From: Camelus ferus
Lineage: Eukaryota
Reading direction: 5' to 3'
Assembly (NCBI RefSeq): GCF_009834535.1
Contig: NC_045697.1
Coordinates: 45,634,001 to 45,698,000, forward strand
DNA length: 64,000 bases
Below, one piece after another: positions 1 through 12,094 of the stretch. Under the pieces are notes generated by a model, which saw nothing but the letters and a program-made list of their open reading frames with translations, ran no database searches and had not been told where the DNA came from. Every line of letters starts with the position of its first letter. The first letter of the stretch is position 1. The position numbers were made by a program, and so were the translations under genes.

Positions 1-859
1 CACTTCTGGCACATCTATCCTTCTGTGCTTAAGAAAGCCATTAATCCTCTTCTTCTTTGTGAGATTTACACTTAAGCATCCTCAGATTTTTAGATCATCA
101 CCAGATTTCTAGTGTTCCACAAGTTATGAATGTTGACTTTTGTACAGAACCTATCTAGAAGGTATTGATTTATATGTATTGCAAGGCTAGGAACTGATTT
201 TGCCTACTACTCCAGAGAGCGAGTTGTGTTCCCTGAGGCATGTTACCTTACTTTTTGATTCCATGAAGGACACAGATACCGTATCTGAAGGAAGATGATC
301 ATGATGTGTCCCTTTTAAATTAACTTAAGTGAGATGGTTGCCATATAGCTGAGACAGGGAAGCTGCAGGTGGTTGTAGACAGTTTATTTGCTGTCGTCCA
401 GTTTCTTTTTGCTACATACAATAAAATTAATTTTTCAGTGGAAATAGTGGGTTTGGCATTTTGCAAGATGACCTAGAACACTAACTGATAGTTTATCTAG
501 GAAAATGGCTCTGAGTTCCAAATACAAACAAATGCAATTTTGGGCACAATTTATTTACACATTAGAAGTTGTCTATGATTCCTGAGATCTTTACAGTATA
601 GTTTTAATTCTATTTGAATTGTTATAACAAATGCCATCCTTTCATCTAATTTAGAAAATTAAATGAAAAAACTCTGGATATCAAGGTTAATTTGCTACTA
701 ATAGTCTTTCTCTTAAAAATGTAGATTTTAAATAGGACATAGACAAATGCACAAATATTAGTTCATACTAGTTTAGCTACTATAAAATTTCTCCAAGAAA
801 ACTAAAATATATCTTCTCGGAAGAGATACTTAACAATTCTTCTTTAACTAAGGGGTCAA

Positions 860-1710
860 ACTGAGCATCACTAATGATACAACAACTTGACAGTAAGTGC
901 CTCCTGACATGATACAATATATAGTTGTCACCAATAGAGAATTCTTCCTGAAAAAATGTTTATACCTAATACAATCGAGCTTTTAAACTTATCTCCCAGT
1001 TTAAAGAAAACGCAGAGATGAGAGGAAAGAAATCAAATTATACCACAAGGAAACAATCAGACAAATCCAGAATACAGGACAATGTAAAAGGCAACTGGCC
1101 TTATCTCTTTAAAAAAACAACATTATGACCAAGAAAAAAATATCTTTTTGGAAAGTGGGCACAGCGGTGGGAAGGTACTGTCTTAGAGTAAAAGACAGTC
1201 CAGAGACATAAGCAATGCATTTTTTTATACATTGGCTAGATGATCATTCACAAAACCAGCTGCAAAACACATTCTGGAACAATTAGGAAAATTTGAATAT
1301 GAGCTGGATATTAGATGATAATAGGAAATAATTATTTATTTTCTTACATATAATAATGGTGACTTTATATAGGAAAATGTCCTTATTCTTAGAAGATGTA
1401 TGATGAAATATTTAAGGATGAAATCTGCAAGCTACTTTAAAATGATACACACACACACATCCCAACATTTTAAAGAGAATTAAAGCAAAAAGCAAGTTTG
1501 GAAAAAAAATGTTAACAACTGTTTAGTCTAGATTGTGAGTATACTGGCATTTATGGTACTATTCTTTGAACTTCTCCAAAATTTTTTAAATTTTATAATA
1601 AAAAGTTGGAAAAGTTGCACAATTTGAATGTACTTTATGCCATTGGACAATACATTTAAAAATGGTTAAAATGGTCAATTTTATGCTATATATATTTTTT
1701 AAATGTTGGA
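860..1710 (+). mobile_element. Old L1 (L1MC/L1ME-like) 3' UTR fragment, plus a short L1MA/MB-like 3' end at about 1620-1710
   Basis: Motifs ggaaaatttgaatatgagctggatattagatgata, ggaaaatgtccttattcttagaagatg, and tttaaaaatggttaaaatggtcaattttatg. Confidence 0.7.
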
Positions 1711-2663
1711 GAAAATTTTGTATAAAAAATAATTCTGTCATAACCACAGTAAGTGTTGTCAATAAACTAGAGGCTGTCTCAGATCTCTAATTATTCTCTT
1801 AAGGTTTACCCAGAGACATAATTTTCAGGGAAGCACATTCTAGACAATTAAAGATACTACCAGATACTTGTTCTGGGAATCCTGACTTTTTTTTTTTTTA
1901 AAGCAATGAGCCAAACAGAGCTTGGATAAAATTCTACCAGAATAATGCAGACAGATATTTCAGTAGGAGTTTGATAGGAACTGTTCTAGTATATTTGGGT
2001 TTTATAGACGAACAGGAGGTGGTCTATCTTTCAGACTTCTCTTATCCATCCTTCAGTTTTCCATGGAAGATGGTACTTAATGTTTAGCTTGAGGTAAAGG
2101 AAAAACTAAAATGAGCTAAGTATTGGAAAATTAAATTTATTTGTAAAAGAATTCCAAGCAAATATTACAAAAATCATGTGAACCACATTTCAGAGGATAT
2201 GAATAGATTCTAAAAGTATCCTGGGACATAACTGAGGTTCAACAAGTCAAGGCCAATTTTTCCCTAAAGACTTTAAGGCTGAAGCCACAATTAAAGGCCA
2301 CTTTTAGTTCTGTCCAGAGCTCTTCCACACACAAAGCTGTGGGGCACTGTAATTCTTACCCAGAGTGACTGAAAATAAAACCCTGGTTAAGTACAAAGAG
2401 CTGTTTTCTGCCAAGCTCAGTGAAAGGAGGAAGTAGCAAGGGTGGGTACAGGATGGCTGAAATTCCCCAGTCTTAACTGTGGATAGTAGACTGCTTAGAG
2501 TTCTGAAAAACAATCCCAAATTATGTCTTGTCAAGTCAGAAACACATCTGCAAAAGAAATATATGACCTGTCAATGACTAGGATATGGATATGAGACTGA
2601 AGGGGAAAATGATATCTTTTCATGACAAAGTCCTAAAATCGAATCATGTAGCACTGATAACAT

Positions 2664-2684
2664 CAACAACAACAACAACAACAA
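2664..2684 (+). repeat. (CAA)7 microsatellite
   Basis: Read directly. Confidence 0.95.
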
Positions 2685-2814
2685 ATCATGGCACCCAGGA
2701 TTCCACAGATCTCTATCAGGTCCTGGATGGTAAATGCAAATGTCTTCATGTAACTTTTTGTTAAGCCAACTAACACCACTCTGATGCATGTTCTTTGAGG
2801 CTACAATGTGAAAA

Positions 2815-2930
2815 ATATTCCTAACCCATAAGGTTGTTGTAAAGAGTAAGTGAAATGATGTATATAAATTATTTAGCACAGTGTCTTGTGCACAGGAAGT
2901 GCTCAGCTAATTTTTAGTGCATCATAATCA
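2815..2930 (+). mobile_element. MIR SINE 3' part
   Basis: cataaggttgttgtaaagagtaagtgaaatgatgtatataaa...ttagcacagtg resembles the MIR core and tail. Confidence 0.7.
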
Positions 2931-3518
2931 TCTCAGACTTTGACTCAGTCCAGTCACAGTAGTATGGGACAACCTGGGAGAGCCCAGGCTGAAATTAAAC
3001 CCACTCAGAGGGGTCAAGCAAAGATCACGACTGGGCTAATGACAAAGATGACTTCAAAAACCTAAGATGGTAAGTTAGACTGGAGATGACAAACTCAAAT
3101 GCCTAGAAGAATCCTATAGACGCTATGAATGAATGACTCAAGGGTAACAGTGCAAATGCTGGAAAGTGTGAGTAGTTATTTTTGTTAGTCTGGTGAGAAC
3201 ATACTCTATCTCAGGGAGCAGCTGCTATTTAATTCAAGATCACGGCTGGGATGAGAGAATGCAGGCTCGGTGTGGGAAGACCTCATTAGTTTTAGGAGAA
3301 TCTGCAACTCAAAAATATTTTATGTGACATTTCCTGTATCTAAAACATTGACACAACTTTTAAATACATTGTGCAGGCCAAATAAAACATGTCTGCAGCC
3401 AGACACTACTAACTGGTAATCTCTGGTCTGTGGCTTCTTAGGTCCCACCTAAGATCAGCATTGGTCCTAAAGAACAGGATGGGATTGAACTTCTGGGTCG
3501 GGGACCAGTAGACCAGAA

Positions 3519-3839
3519 CAGTGCTATATGTACATAATGTGGGCCATAAACATGAGCCATGTATGTAATTCTGAATGCTTCTAGTGGCTACACTAAAATA
3601 AAAAGAAATAGATGATAATAATTTTTATAATACATCTCATTTAACCTAACATATCCAGCATATTATTATTCTCACATGTTATTAATGTAGATTTATTAAC
3701 AAGGTATTTCGTATCTTTATGATGTCTTCAGAATCAGGTCTGTATTCTACATTTACAGCACATCTTTAACTCAGGGTAGGTCACACTGAAGTATTCGATA
3801 GCCATATGTGGCCAGTGGTGATCCTATTGGACAGCACAG
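3519..3839. mobile_element. MER33-like hAT-Charlie MITE
   Basis: Termini cagtgct... and ...ttggacagcacag; internal atgtaattctgaatgcttctagtggctacact and tagccatatgtggccagtgg. Confidence 0.75.
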
Positions 3840-3844
3840 GTCTC

Positions 3845-4008
3845 AAGTATGCTTCTCAAACTTCAATATGGACATTGAAATTTGGGGGGATCAGTGTTAA
3901 AGGGCCTTTTCTTCATGGGCTGGGATAGAGCCTGAGATACTTCACTTCTTGCAGGCTCTCAGGTGGTGTCAGTGCTCCTGGTCCATGGACCACACTTTGA
4001 ATGAGGAG
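3845..4008. mobile_element. MER5A-like hAT-Charlie MITE
   Basis: ttctcaaactt... and ...gctcctggtccatggaccacactttga. Confidence 0.75.
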
Positions 4009-5389
4009 CTAGATGGTTGTGGCAAGTCTCCTTCGATCAGCATTTTCCCCCCAAAAGCATTCTTTCCTCCCTCAAAATTTAGTGAATATCTGTTGAAGAG
4101 ACTAAATTTATATTCTAGTGGTTGGTCACTATATTTACAAGTGAGACAACATTAATAACTTAAAAATAGGCAATATTTTATATACCATTTGCAGAAGCAC
4201 TGAGTCATTTACTCCTTTATTTTTTTTTAAACTTGAGAACCTGCCAATACATTACCAGATGCTTTCATGAGAATGCACTTAAGCACAGGATAAGCACAAC
4301 TTTACAATTCTAACTTCACAGTTTGGCACGTTCAACATTTTAATAAAACAGACAATGGGACTGCAAGGGAAATTTGACAATAATACCTCTCAAAGCTTTT
4401 GTATTTAAGGGCATTTCTCGGTCAAGGGTATGAATATTTCATGGACTCTCCAAAGAGAAATACAAAAAGAACTTTTTCATTTCCTCCTGACCATTCTATC
4501 TGAGGGATGGATAGAGCTCTGCAGGCGGACCTCAGATCTTTGTTCAACAATACACAAATATGGAAATTTAAGCAGCTAAATGTGGGGTAGAGCATGATTC
4601 AAGGATTCTACATAGTGTAATCATCCTCAGGACACAGACACTTTTAAACCTAGAAGAGTGTTCTGGAGGTGAGCAGTGAATTATAATTCTAAGACTTGTT
4701 CTCACTCATCACTGTTTTGCTTGTAAACTTTAGCAAGTGGTTTATCTTTTCTCCTCTCCCAGATGTTAAGAAAAATGCTGTTGGACCTATTGCACAAAGT
4801 TGTTACAGGGAACTGTAAAGGAACTTGGTAAACTGTAACATGCTATTTGCTTATAAGTTACTTCACATTTATGCTGGGGAAGATACTGAATCTTAAACAC
4901 ATGGTCAAGATGAAGTCTGAGCTGACAAGATGATCAGGCTCTCAGCCCTTGCTACTGCTGCATTTCATAACAGTTGCAGCTGTCTGCTGATATTTATATT
5001 TTCTGCAGTAAAAATGCAAGACATGATTCTAATCACAGAACTAATGTATCTTCCTACACAGGATAAAATAGCATGTCAAAAGATAAGTAAATAGAAACAA
5101 AAGATAAGTAAAATAGATCTTCTGAAATCTTTAATTTTAAAGTCTTTGTTTTAGTTCTGAATCAAACCAAGTATGGAACTATGGATACCAAAGATATTTT
5201 TCCCCTAGTAACAACTGTTTAAGTCATTTATTGGCATTAAATTTCTAGAGTGAAAAATCTGAAGTTTGCTTCTGATAAATGGCTTAAATTAAACTCAATG
5301 TGGTAAAAATTATACAGTGGGATCATTGGAATAGAGCTAATTTTGTTTAAAAGATCAGTAATTATCTGGCACCCAGGAGAAAAATGAAC

Positions 5390-6770
5390 AAATGATGAAA
5401 TCCTTAATTGAGAAAATTATAAAATATTATTTAAAAACATTAAAGAAGGCATAAGCAAATGTAAATAAATAAATGGAAGACTTAATATCACAAAGATGTC
5501 AATGAACTATACATTGGTCATTACCTGAAAGCAATTCCAATCAAAATTACACCATGTTTTGTGTGTGAGCTTTATAAGCTGAATAAAATGCACATGGAAG
5601 AGTAAAGGGCAAGCATAGTTTAGATACTCTTGAAAAAGAAAACCAAGGTGAAGAAACTGCCTTTCTTTGTATTATGAATTATTATGAACATATAAAAATG
5701 AGTAAGATTCTATTATTTTAAGAAGAGACCAATGGAACAAAAGAATAAGCCCAGAAACAAACCAACACATACAGAACTTAACTTTTGACACAAACGGTGT
5801 CGAAGACATGAGAGGAGAGATAGTGGACTTTTCAATAAATGTTGCTATGGCAAATTCTTAGTCATACGGAAAACAGAAACAAAAAGGAGAGTCTTACTTA
5901 ACCACCATATACAGTATTAAATTCAAGTAGGTTAATAAAAAACAAAACTAAAATACTCTATAGGACAATATCTTTATGACTTCCAGAAAGGTAAGGATTT
6001 TTAAATGAAACACAAAAAACGCAAACCTCTGAGGAAAAGATTAATAAAATGAATTAATCCAACTATCAAAACTTCTGACTTCTGACCATCAAAAGTCAGT
6101 AAAAAGGGAGTGAAAGGAGAATTACACACTGGAAGTTGATATTTTTCAATACGTAGAAGAGGCAAAGGATTATCAATATTCAAAAAATAAAAAATAAAAA
6201 GAACTCCTACGATTTACAAGAAAAGGAGGAACAAATAAACTTATGGTTACTGTGAGGGAAAGCAGTGGGAAGGGATAAGTTGGGAGCTCAAGATTTGCAA
6301 ATATTAACTACTATATATAAAATAGATAAAAAACAAGTTTCTGCATTGCACAGGGAACTATATTCAATATCTTGTAGTATTATAATGAAAAAGAATATGA
6401 AAACAAATATATGTATGTATGTGTATGACTGAAACATTATGCTGTATACCAGAAATTGACACACTGCAAACTGATTATACATCAGTAAAAAAAAAATAAC
6501 CAGTAGAAAAAAATGAGGAAAAGTCTTAATAGGTACTTCACAGAAAGGAAATCTGAACAACCAATAAAAGATCCCCAACCTGATTAATAATTACAGAAAT
6601 GAAAATTAAAACCACAATGAGAGATCACTTATAATTAACCACAGTGGGAAAAGAAGTGTGCTGATGTCATGAACTGGTGAGGATGAAGGCTAACTACAGC
6701 ATTTATATAGTATTTTCGGTGGATACAAATTAGTATAAGCACTTTGAAGACAACTTGGCATTATCTGTAT
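5390..6770 (+). mobile_element. Decayed old L1 (L1ME-like) ORF2 3' region, interrupted by a younger L1 3' end
   Basis: A-rich strand with aatggaagacttaatat, gcaattccaatcaaaat, ttttcaataaatg and aaattaaaaccacaatgagagatcac; many stops. Confidence 0.8.
6230..6496 (+). mobile_element. 5'-truncated artiodactyl/camelid-type L1 3' UTR with A tail
   Basis: aaacttatggttac...gcacagggaactatattcaatatcttgtag...gctgtataccagaaattgacacactgcaaactgattatacatcagt followed by an A run. Confidence 0.85.
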
Positions 6771-6884
6771 CCTCTTTTGTGCTTAGGGCTTTGCATTTTT
6801 TCATAAACTTAGGAAAATAATAAAACATGTATTTTTGTCTTTCTGCATGAATTGAATTCTATTTCAGGGCAGTCAAACAAACTA

Positions 6885-7570
6885 TGAGGAAAAGTTATTC
6901 TCTGTGGAAGAATTTCAGCTAAAAAATGCAGAATGAATGGTAGAATTATAACAGTACCGTTATACAAACCTTAGTAAAAACACGTAAGGAGGCATCATTA
7001 TTGTGTGCTCAAACCACTGAGTGAAGCTTGATGGGAACTTTATAGTGGAGTGATCCCAGTGACACCGCCTGAACCTACTGAACAAACTCACAGAGCTTAA
7101 CATATTAAAAAATCTTACCTAAAAAAAAATTGACACTGAATTTCATCAAGCCAGTTGACAGGAAATAGGAGGATAGAAGGAACATGTAACAAACAACAAC
7201 ATGAGAGTGATCAGTCACATCTGGAATATGGCACATTTCTTAGGACACATGCCCTGGTTTCTCCAATAAATCAACAGCATAAAAGATAAAAAGGAGGGGG
7301 ATGATTATAAAGTAAAAGATAGAATAACACAATGTTGTTTGGATTTTGATTCGGGCAAACCAACTTTGAAAAGATAACCTAAGACAGTCAATGAAATATG
7401 AACAAGGACCAAGTATTAGATGACATTAAGGAATTATTTTGTTAGGTATGATGATGTCATGATAGTTTCTTTGAAAACGTTATCAGATAAACATTCATAC
7501 TGAAGTGTTTACAGGTGGAATGACAAATTTTGTATTTGCTTTAACATAAAAAAAGCTGTTAAGGTAACAG
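6885..7570 (+). mobile_element. L1MC4-like 3' UTR fragment
   Basis: ctgtggaagaatttcagctaa, tattagatgacattaaggaattatt, and catactgaagtgtttacaggtggaatga. Confidence 0.7.
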
Positions 7571-7599
7571 AATCTAGCATTTTTAGTAAATTATTAGTT

Positions 7600-9500
7600 A
7601 TAGGGGTGATGGAGAGGAAGAGGTCTAGGATAACATGGATTTTGCCTTGGGTTGCCAAGGTGATGCTCTTAGCCAAGAAAGGGGTCACAGAAGCAACAGC
7701 AGGTTTCACACATTACAATGAGTTTAATATTGAAACTAAGTTTTAGATGCTAATGGGATACCCAAATAGTTGTCTGAAGTGAGCAATAGGACAGTTGAAT
7801 CTTAAATAAAGAAGAGATCTGTGCTAGGGTTGTAATTTCAAAGACAAGTTCACTCCAGAAAAAATGATCTAATCACCCAAGAGAATGCATATGGTAAGAA
7901 AAGAAGTCCAAGGATGAATTCTGGTGCCTGCCAACGTGCATGAAATAAACAAGGGGAGAGTCCAACCTGAGAATAACAGGTTAGAGTAGTTGAATAATTT
8001 TGAGAAGAAAGAATTAATCAACACTAATCACATAACGTAGAGAAGATAAGTAAGAACTGAAAATCTACAGGGTTTTGAAACTGGCAGTCACTGGTGATTT
8101 CAGCGGGAGTCGTTTCATTTGTGTAATGGTGGCAGAGGGCTAATTACAATGAGTTAGCACCTACAGGAGAAGTGAGAATTGAAGACACTTGTTATTTTGA
8201 GGAGTTTAGCTGGAAACAGTAAGAGAGGTAGGTCAAAAATTGGAATTCAAAGAGGATTTCTTTTCATTAATATAGAAATGATTTCAGCATGTTTAGAGGA
8301 AAGATAAAGGAGACAGTTGAGAGGGTCAGTTTGAGAATCTATGAAAACAGAGAGAACAATAAATGAAGTATGGCTTCAGTGGAAAGAGGGGTGAAAAAGA
8401 TAAAAACAAGTTGAATTAGCTCTAAACAAGACAAGGAGTCCTTTCCTTTCTGAATCTGGAAAAATATTGTGAGAGTTATGCATGTATAAAGGAACATTTT
8501 ACTTAATAAAAATGAACAATTTTTTAAAGAAAAAAATTGTTTATACAGGTAGAGAGTAAAGTCACCTGGGGTCAGATTTATTTTATTTCAGAAATGTCAC
8601 CAGAAAAGCCCGAGTCACTCTCAGGACATATTCCCTCATGGTTGTTAAGGAAGCCTATGCTTTGCTGTGTTGGAAGAATATGTACAAGTTTACAGCAAAC
8701 TGGCCCCTGAGAGGTGGGCTGAGGTACAAGGCAGCACGGTGGTGTTTCAAGGGTTAGGAGCAGACATGTCCTGATGTAGATGGCAGGCTCGGGACCAACA
8801 GCTGCCAGAATGGACCTGTGACTGGAAATAATCAGAAGGCACTCTGAGTGGGGCACTGGCTAATGAGGAAGCTGATTTCGGTGGACAGACAGACAGACTG
8901 TGGTGGTGGTTCCCATGTTTAGACCCCACGTTCTCTGTGAAATGTGAGGTAAATTGTATATGGACAGGAGTCAGGGTCAGCAGTTGAGAACAACGATTTT
9001 GAGGGAGTGGTGAAGCTCCAGAATATTTTGTGTGTGTGTGTTGAGGGGTGAAATTAAAGTCTGATAAAAAGCACATAAATGGGTGTCTCAGGGCCACAAA
9101 GGTCCTGGTTGAATTTGGAGACCATTAATTATTAGTAGCAGCCAACTTTGTGAAATTTCCTAAAATTTCCTTCAGCAGTGCCCGGGGGTCCAGTCCTAGA
9201 TGCAGGAAGAGGGTGACTGGGTCAACCTACTCTTAAGGGCAAGCAGGACAGATTACAACCAAAGCACAAAAAGACGTGGGCAGCAGGGATGATTGCAAGA
9301 GGGAAATTAAATGATTTGTTCTGCATCTAGGTTGAACTGACATGGTAGAGTAGATCCTATGTGATGGGATAAAGGCGCCAAAGGAAAGGGTAGGGGTCAA
9401 TAATAAAAAGACTACTGTGGGTGGAGGGGATCCCAGAACAGGCCAGTGATGAGAGTAAATGAGGGTGAGCCAGTCAGAAGCCCAGACTTCGGTTGGTGGC
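7600..9500 (-). mobile_element. Degraded L2 LINE segments (about 7600-8460 and 9000-9500), with an unclassified insert between them
   Basis: Purine-rich plus strand with L2-like motifs: ggcagtcactggtgatttcagc...gtttcatttgtgtaatggtggcagagg and ttcagcagtgcccggggg. Confidence 0.55.
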
Positions 9501-9877
9501 CAAAAAAAAAGGGAGAGGAGAATGTGCTGGATGGACTGCTCCTAAGGCTTCTAGACGGAGTCCCAAGTGGTGCAAGAGCCTTATGAGATTAGCAATTTTT
9601 AGGTTCTACTTATCATTTAAAAGGAATGTTAAGGAGAATTTACTTATCTCATCTCTGAAGAGTTCCCTTCCTCAGGCTGTTCATGGAAAAAAATGCATCT
9701 ATGTTCATTCTCCGTCTTAAAACACACATTTTTTAAAATCTAAACCACTCTTACCACTTTCCTCCTGCATATACATGAGCATTCCAGGTACAATGCAGAA
9801 CATAAAATAAAAATCTTTTATCTTTACATCCGAGGAGCTTGTTCTTATTGAAGGCGTGAGAAATGTGTACAATTTAC

Positions 9878-10020
9878 CTCATATCCGTGGGTCTTGGAAG
9901 AAGTCTTTTTTTCCCACTAAAGTAGACTTCAAAATCTTCAGTCTTTAGCCTGTGGGCATAGTCGATGTATCCTGACACCTCCTGCCCATGAGAATTTCTG
10001 TCACGAATAAAGATCACGGA
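9878..10020 (-). CDS. CFAP299: Internal coding exon (143 nt, starts phase 0, ends phase 2) of cilia- and flagella-associated protein 299 (C4orf22), probably exon 4
   Basis: Minus strand reads ...ctctctcctttctccgtttttctgtgttgccag|TCCGTGATC...GATATGAG|gtaaat: polypyrimidine tract, AG acceptor (10021-10022) and GT donor (9876-9877). The translation [47 protein letters not shown] matches the mammalian CFAP299 sequence as I recall it ([34 protein letters not shown]...). It lies within ORF 9874..10128. Confidence 0.95.
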
Positions 10021-10075
10021 CTGGCAACACAGAAAAACGGAGAAAGGAGAGAGTAAATGAATACAAGTCATTTGA
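10021..10075 (-). promoter_or_regulatory. 3' splice site: branch-point candidates, polypyrimidine tract and CAG
   Basis: Minus strand ctcaaatgacttgtattcatttactctctcctttctccgtttttctgtgttgccag, with YTNAY-like ttcat/tttac upstream of a ~30-nt pyrimidine-rich tract. Confidence 0.85.
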
Positions 10076-10094
10076 GTAAATTTTATATAGTAAT

Positions 10095-10500
10095 AAAAGC
10101 TATAGTTATTGAGTGATACCTGTGCCACATCCTGTTCTAAGTGCTTTACATTTCATCCTTACAACGATCCTATGAAGTAGTACTATTATTTTCTCCTGAC
10201 AGATGAGAAAATTTGTGAAAAGCTAATTCAACATGCATATAATGTGTACTTATAATAATTTTATATAACAATATCAATAAATAATTCATAGACATCTTCC
10301 TAAAGGCAGACGTTATTTTCAGTGTTTATAATACATTCATTTATTTACTTTTTCTTCAACCCCATTGTCTTCTCTTTGTCATCATTTTGTAAATTAAAAA
10401 TCTGAGGAACAGAGAGGTTGAGTGTCTCACATACAACCTTCAGTAAACTGAAAAACTTGGATGAAAACCCAGGGTTACGTGTTTGTCCTTCCAATCACTA
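10095..10500 (-). mobile_element. MIR fragments next to the exon acceptor
   Basis: tattgagtgatacctgtgcc...ctaagtgctttaca...catccttacaacgatcctatgaagtag and ctgaggaacagagaggttgagtg. Confidence 0.7.
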
Positions 10501-10677
10501 CATTCCTTTTCCATTTGAACACCTATATAGTTTCTGTTATAGACAGAAGTTGGGTCCCTTCTTTTTATTATCATAAGAGTCAAAAAATGACTTAACAAAT
10601 TTAAAATCTCTTTACGAATTAAAATTTCTTTAAAAAAATTAATTCCATAGGTCAAAACTATAAAGTTTTAATTTCCC

Positions 10678-11070
10678 CACAAATATCATTGAGCAGCTAC
10701 TGCATGTAGACATTGTTGTAGGTGCCAAAGATACAGTGATAAACACTAAAGGTCCTGATCTCTCAGAAGTTATGTTGAGCTAAGTGGAGACAGACAACAG
10801 ACATAAAAAGAAAACAATACTTACAGTGAGGGATAAATGTCATAAAGCAGATACAGAAAATGGTTGGCTAGAGAAGGAGTTGGTGGCAGTGAAGGCTACT
10901 TTAGGCAGAGTGATCAGAAAATATCTTGCGGAGATCACACTTAAGCTAAGACTTGAAGGCTGAGAAGAGGGAAGCCATGTTAAGATCTAGAATAGCAGTC
11001 TACCAGGCAAAAGAGACAGCTAGTAAAAAAGCCCTGAAGTGGAAACAATGTGATACAAATGAGGAACTAT
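10678..11070 (-). mobile_element. L2a-like 3' end
   Basis: aaatatcattgagcagctactgcatg...gatacagtgataaac...aagacttgaaggctgagaagagggaagccatg. Confidence 0.75.
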
Positions 11071-12094
11071 AGTCACTCCCCTGTCAAGCCAATAGACATG
11101 GATCCTTAGCTCTAGAGGGAAGGAAAAAACGGGGGGGGGGAACCCTACTTGTAATTGGAAAAGCTCTTAATGTATTCGTTTCCAAATCTAGATCAAAGTG
11201 TAGAATTTCACAGCAAAGTTCTAAATCTGGAAGAACCTGTATACAAGCCTTCCTTTTCCTCTCAAGCAATCACTGGATTGTTACTTGTTGGGTCACTGTA
11301 TAGTCAATTACAGGAAACACTAATATGGGTTATCTTAGATAGGAGAGCCTCCAAAAGGGTGAAGTTAGAAAACTGAAATACTTATTTTCCCTGCTACACT
11401 TACAAAAATATACTAACAATATGCCAACTGAAAAATGGAAGAATGGAGACACAATTTACAAGTATTTGTTATTCTGCTGATGTTTCATCTTCTAGACTAC
11501 TCTGGTAAGGCACTGCGTGCTGAGAATACTGCGCTAAAAAGGATTCTGAGGTACTTTCTAAGCTCAGGGAGAAGGAGTGTTGTGATGGATTAGTGATATT
11601 TCCCATAGATATGGCTGGAGGAATTAACGTGCATTGCTATTTCTGTGCTCAATTTTATATAGACTCAGTCTTTAGTCCCTCTCACTCCCCTACATAATCC
11701 CAGTTAAATTTATAGATTTCTCCATGCTTTTAGTTAGTTAGTTTATAGTTTTTACAGCACAAAAAACTAAAGGGATAGTAACTCAGACTTCTTGAGACCC
11801 TCACCAATAACTAGCATTGCTACCCTTCCTTAAACTAGTCCATGAGCTATCATGAGCTATCAATATTTCATATGCAGTCCGAAAGGTGCTTGTAATCTTT
11901 ATTCCATCAAGGCTGCTACTGATGTTAGGCAAGCCATGCAGGGACAGAGAGAGGGAAAAAAGTTCCAAAGTAAATCCTCTATTTTCAAAATGGAACTCTA
12001 CTTACAAAAGAAAGCTCCTCTGCCTCTCTCTTGTCTCTGTTTTCATCTGTTTCTGTCTCTCTTTTCATCTGTTTCTGTCTCTCTTTCTTTAAAT

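Larger units (their letters stand above)
1..9877 (-). other. CFAP299: Part of the downstream CFAP299 intron (probably intron 4)
   Basis: Follows the GT donor. The expected next exon (FYNWD...) is not seen in 1-9877. Confidence 0.8.

Noticed and set aside
9874..10128. 84-aa ORF as a stand-alone gene
   Set aside because: Only 9878-10020 is exon. The N-terminal part translates the polypyrimidine tract and a MIR.
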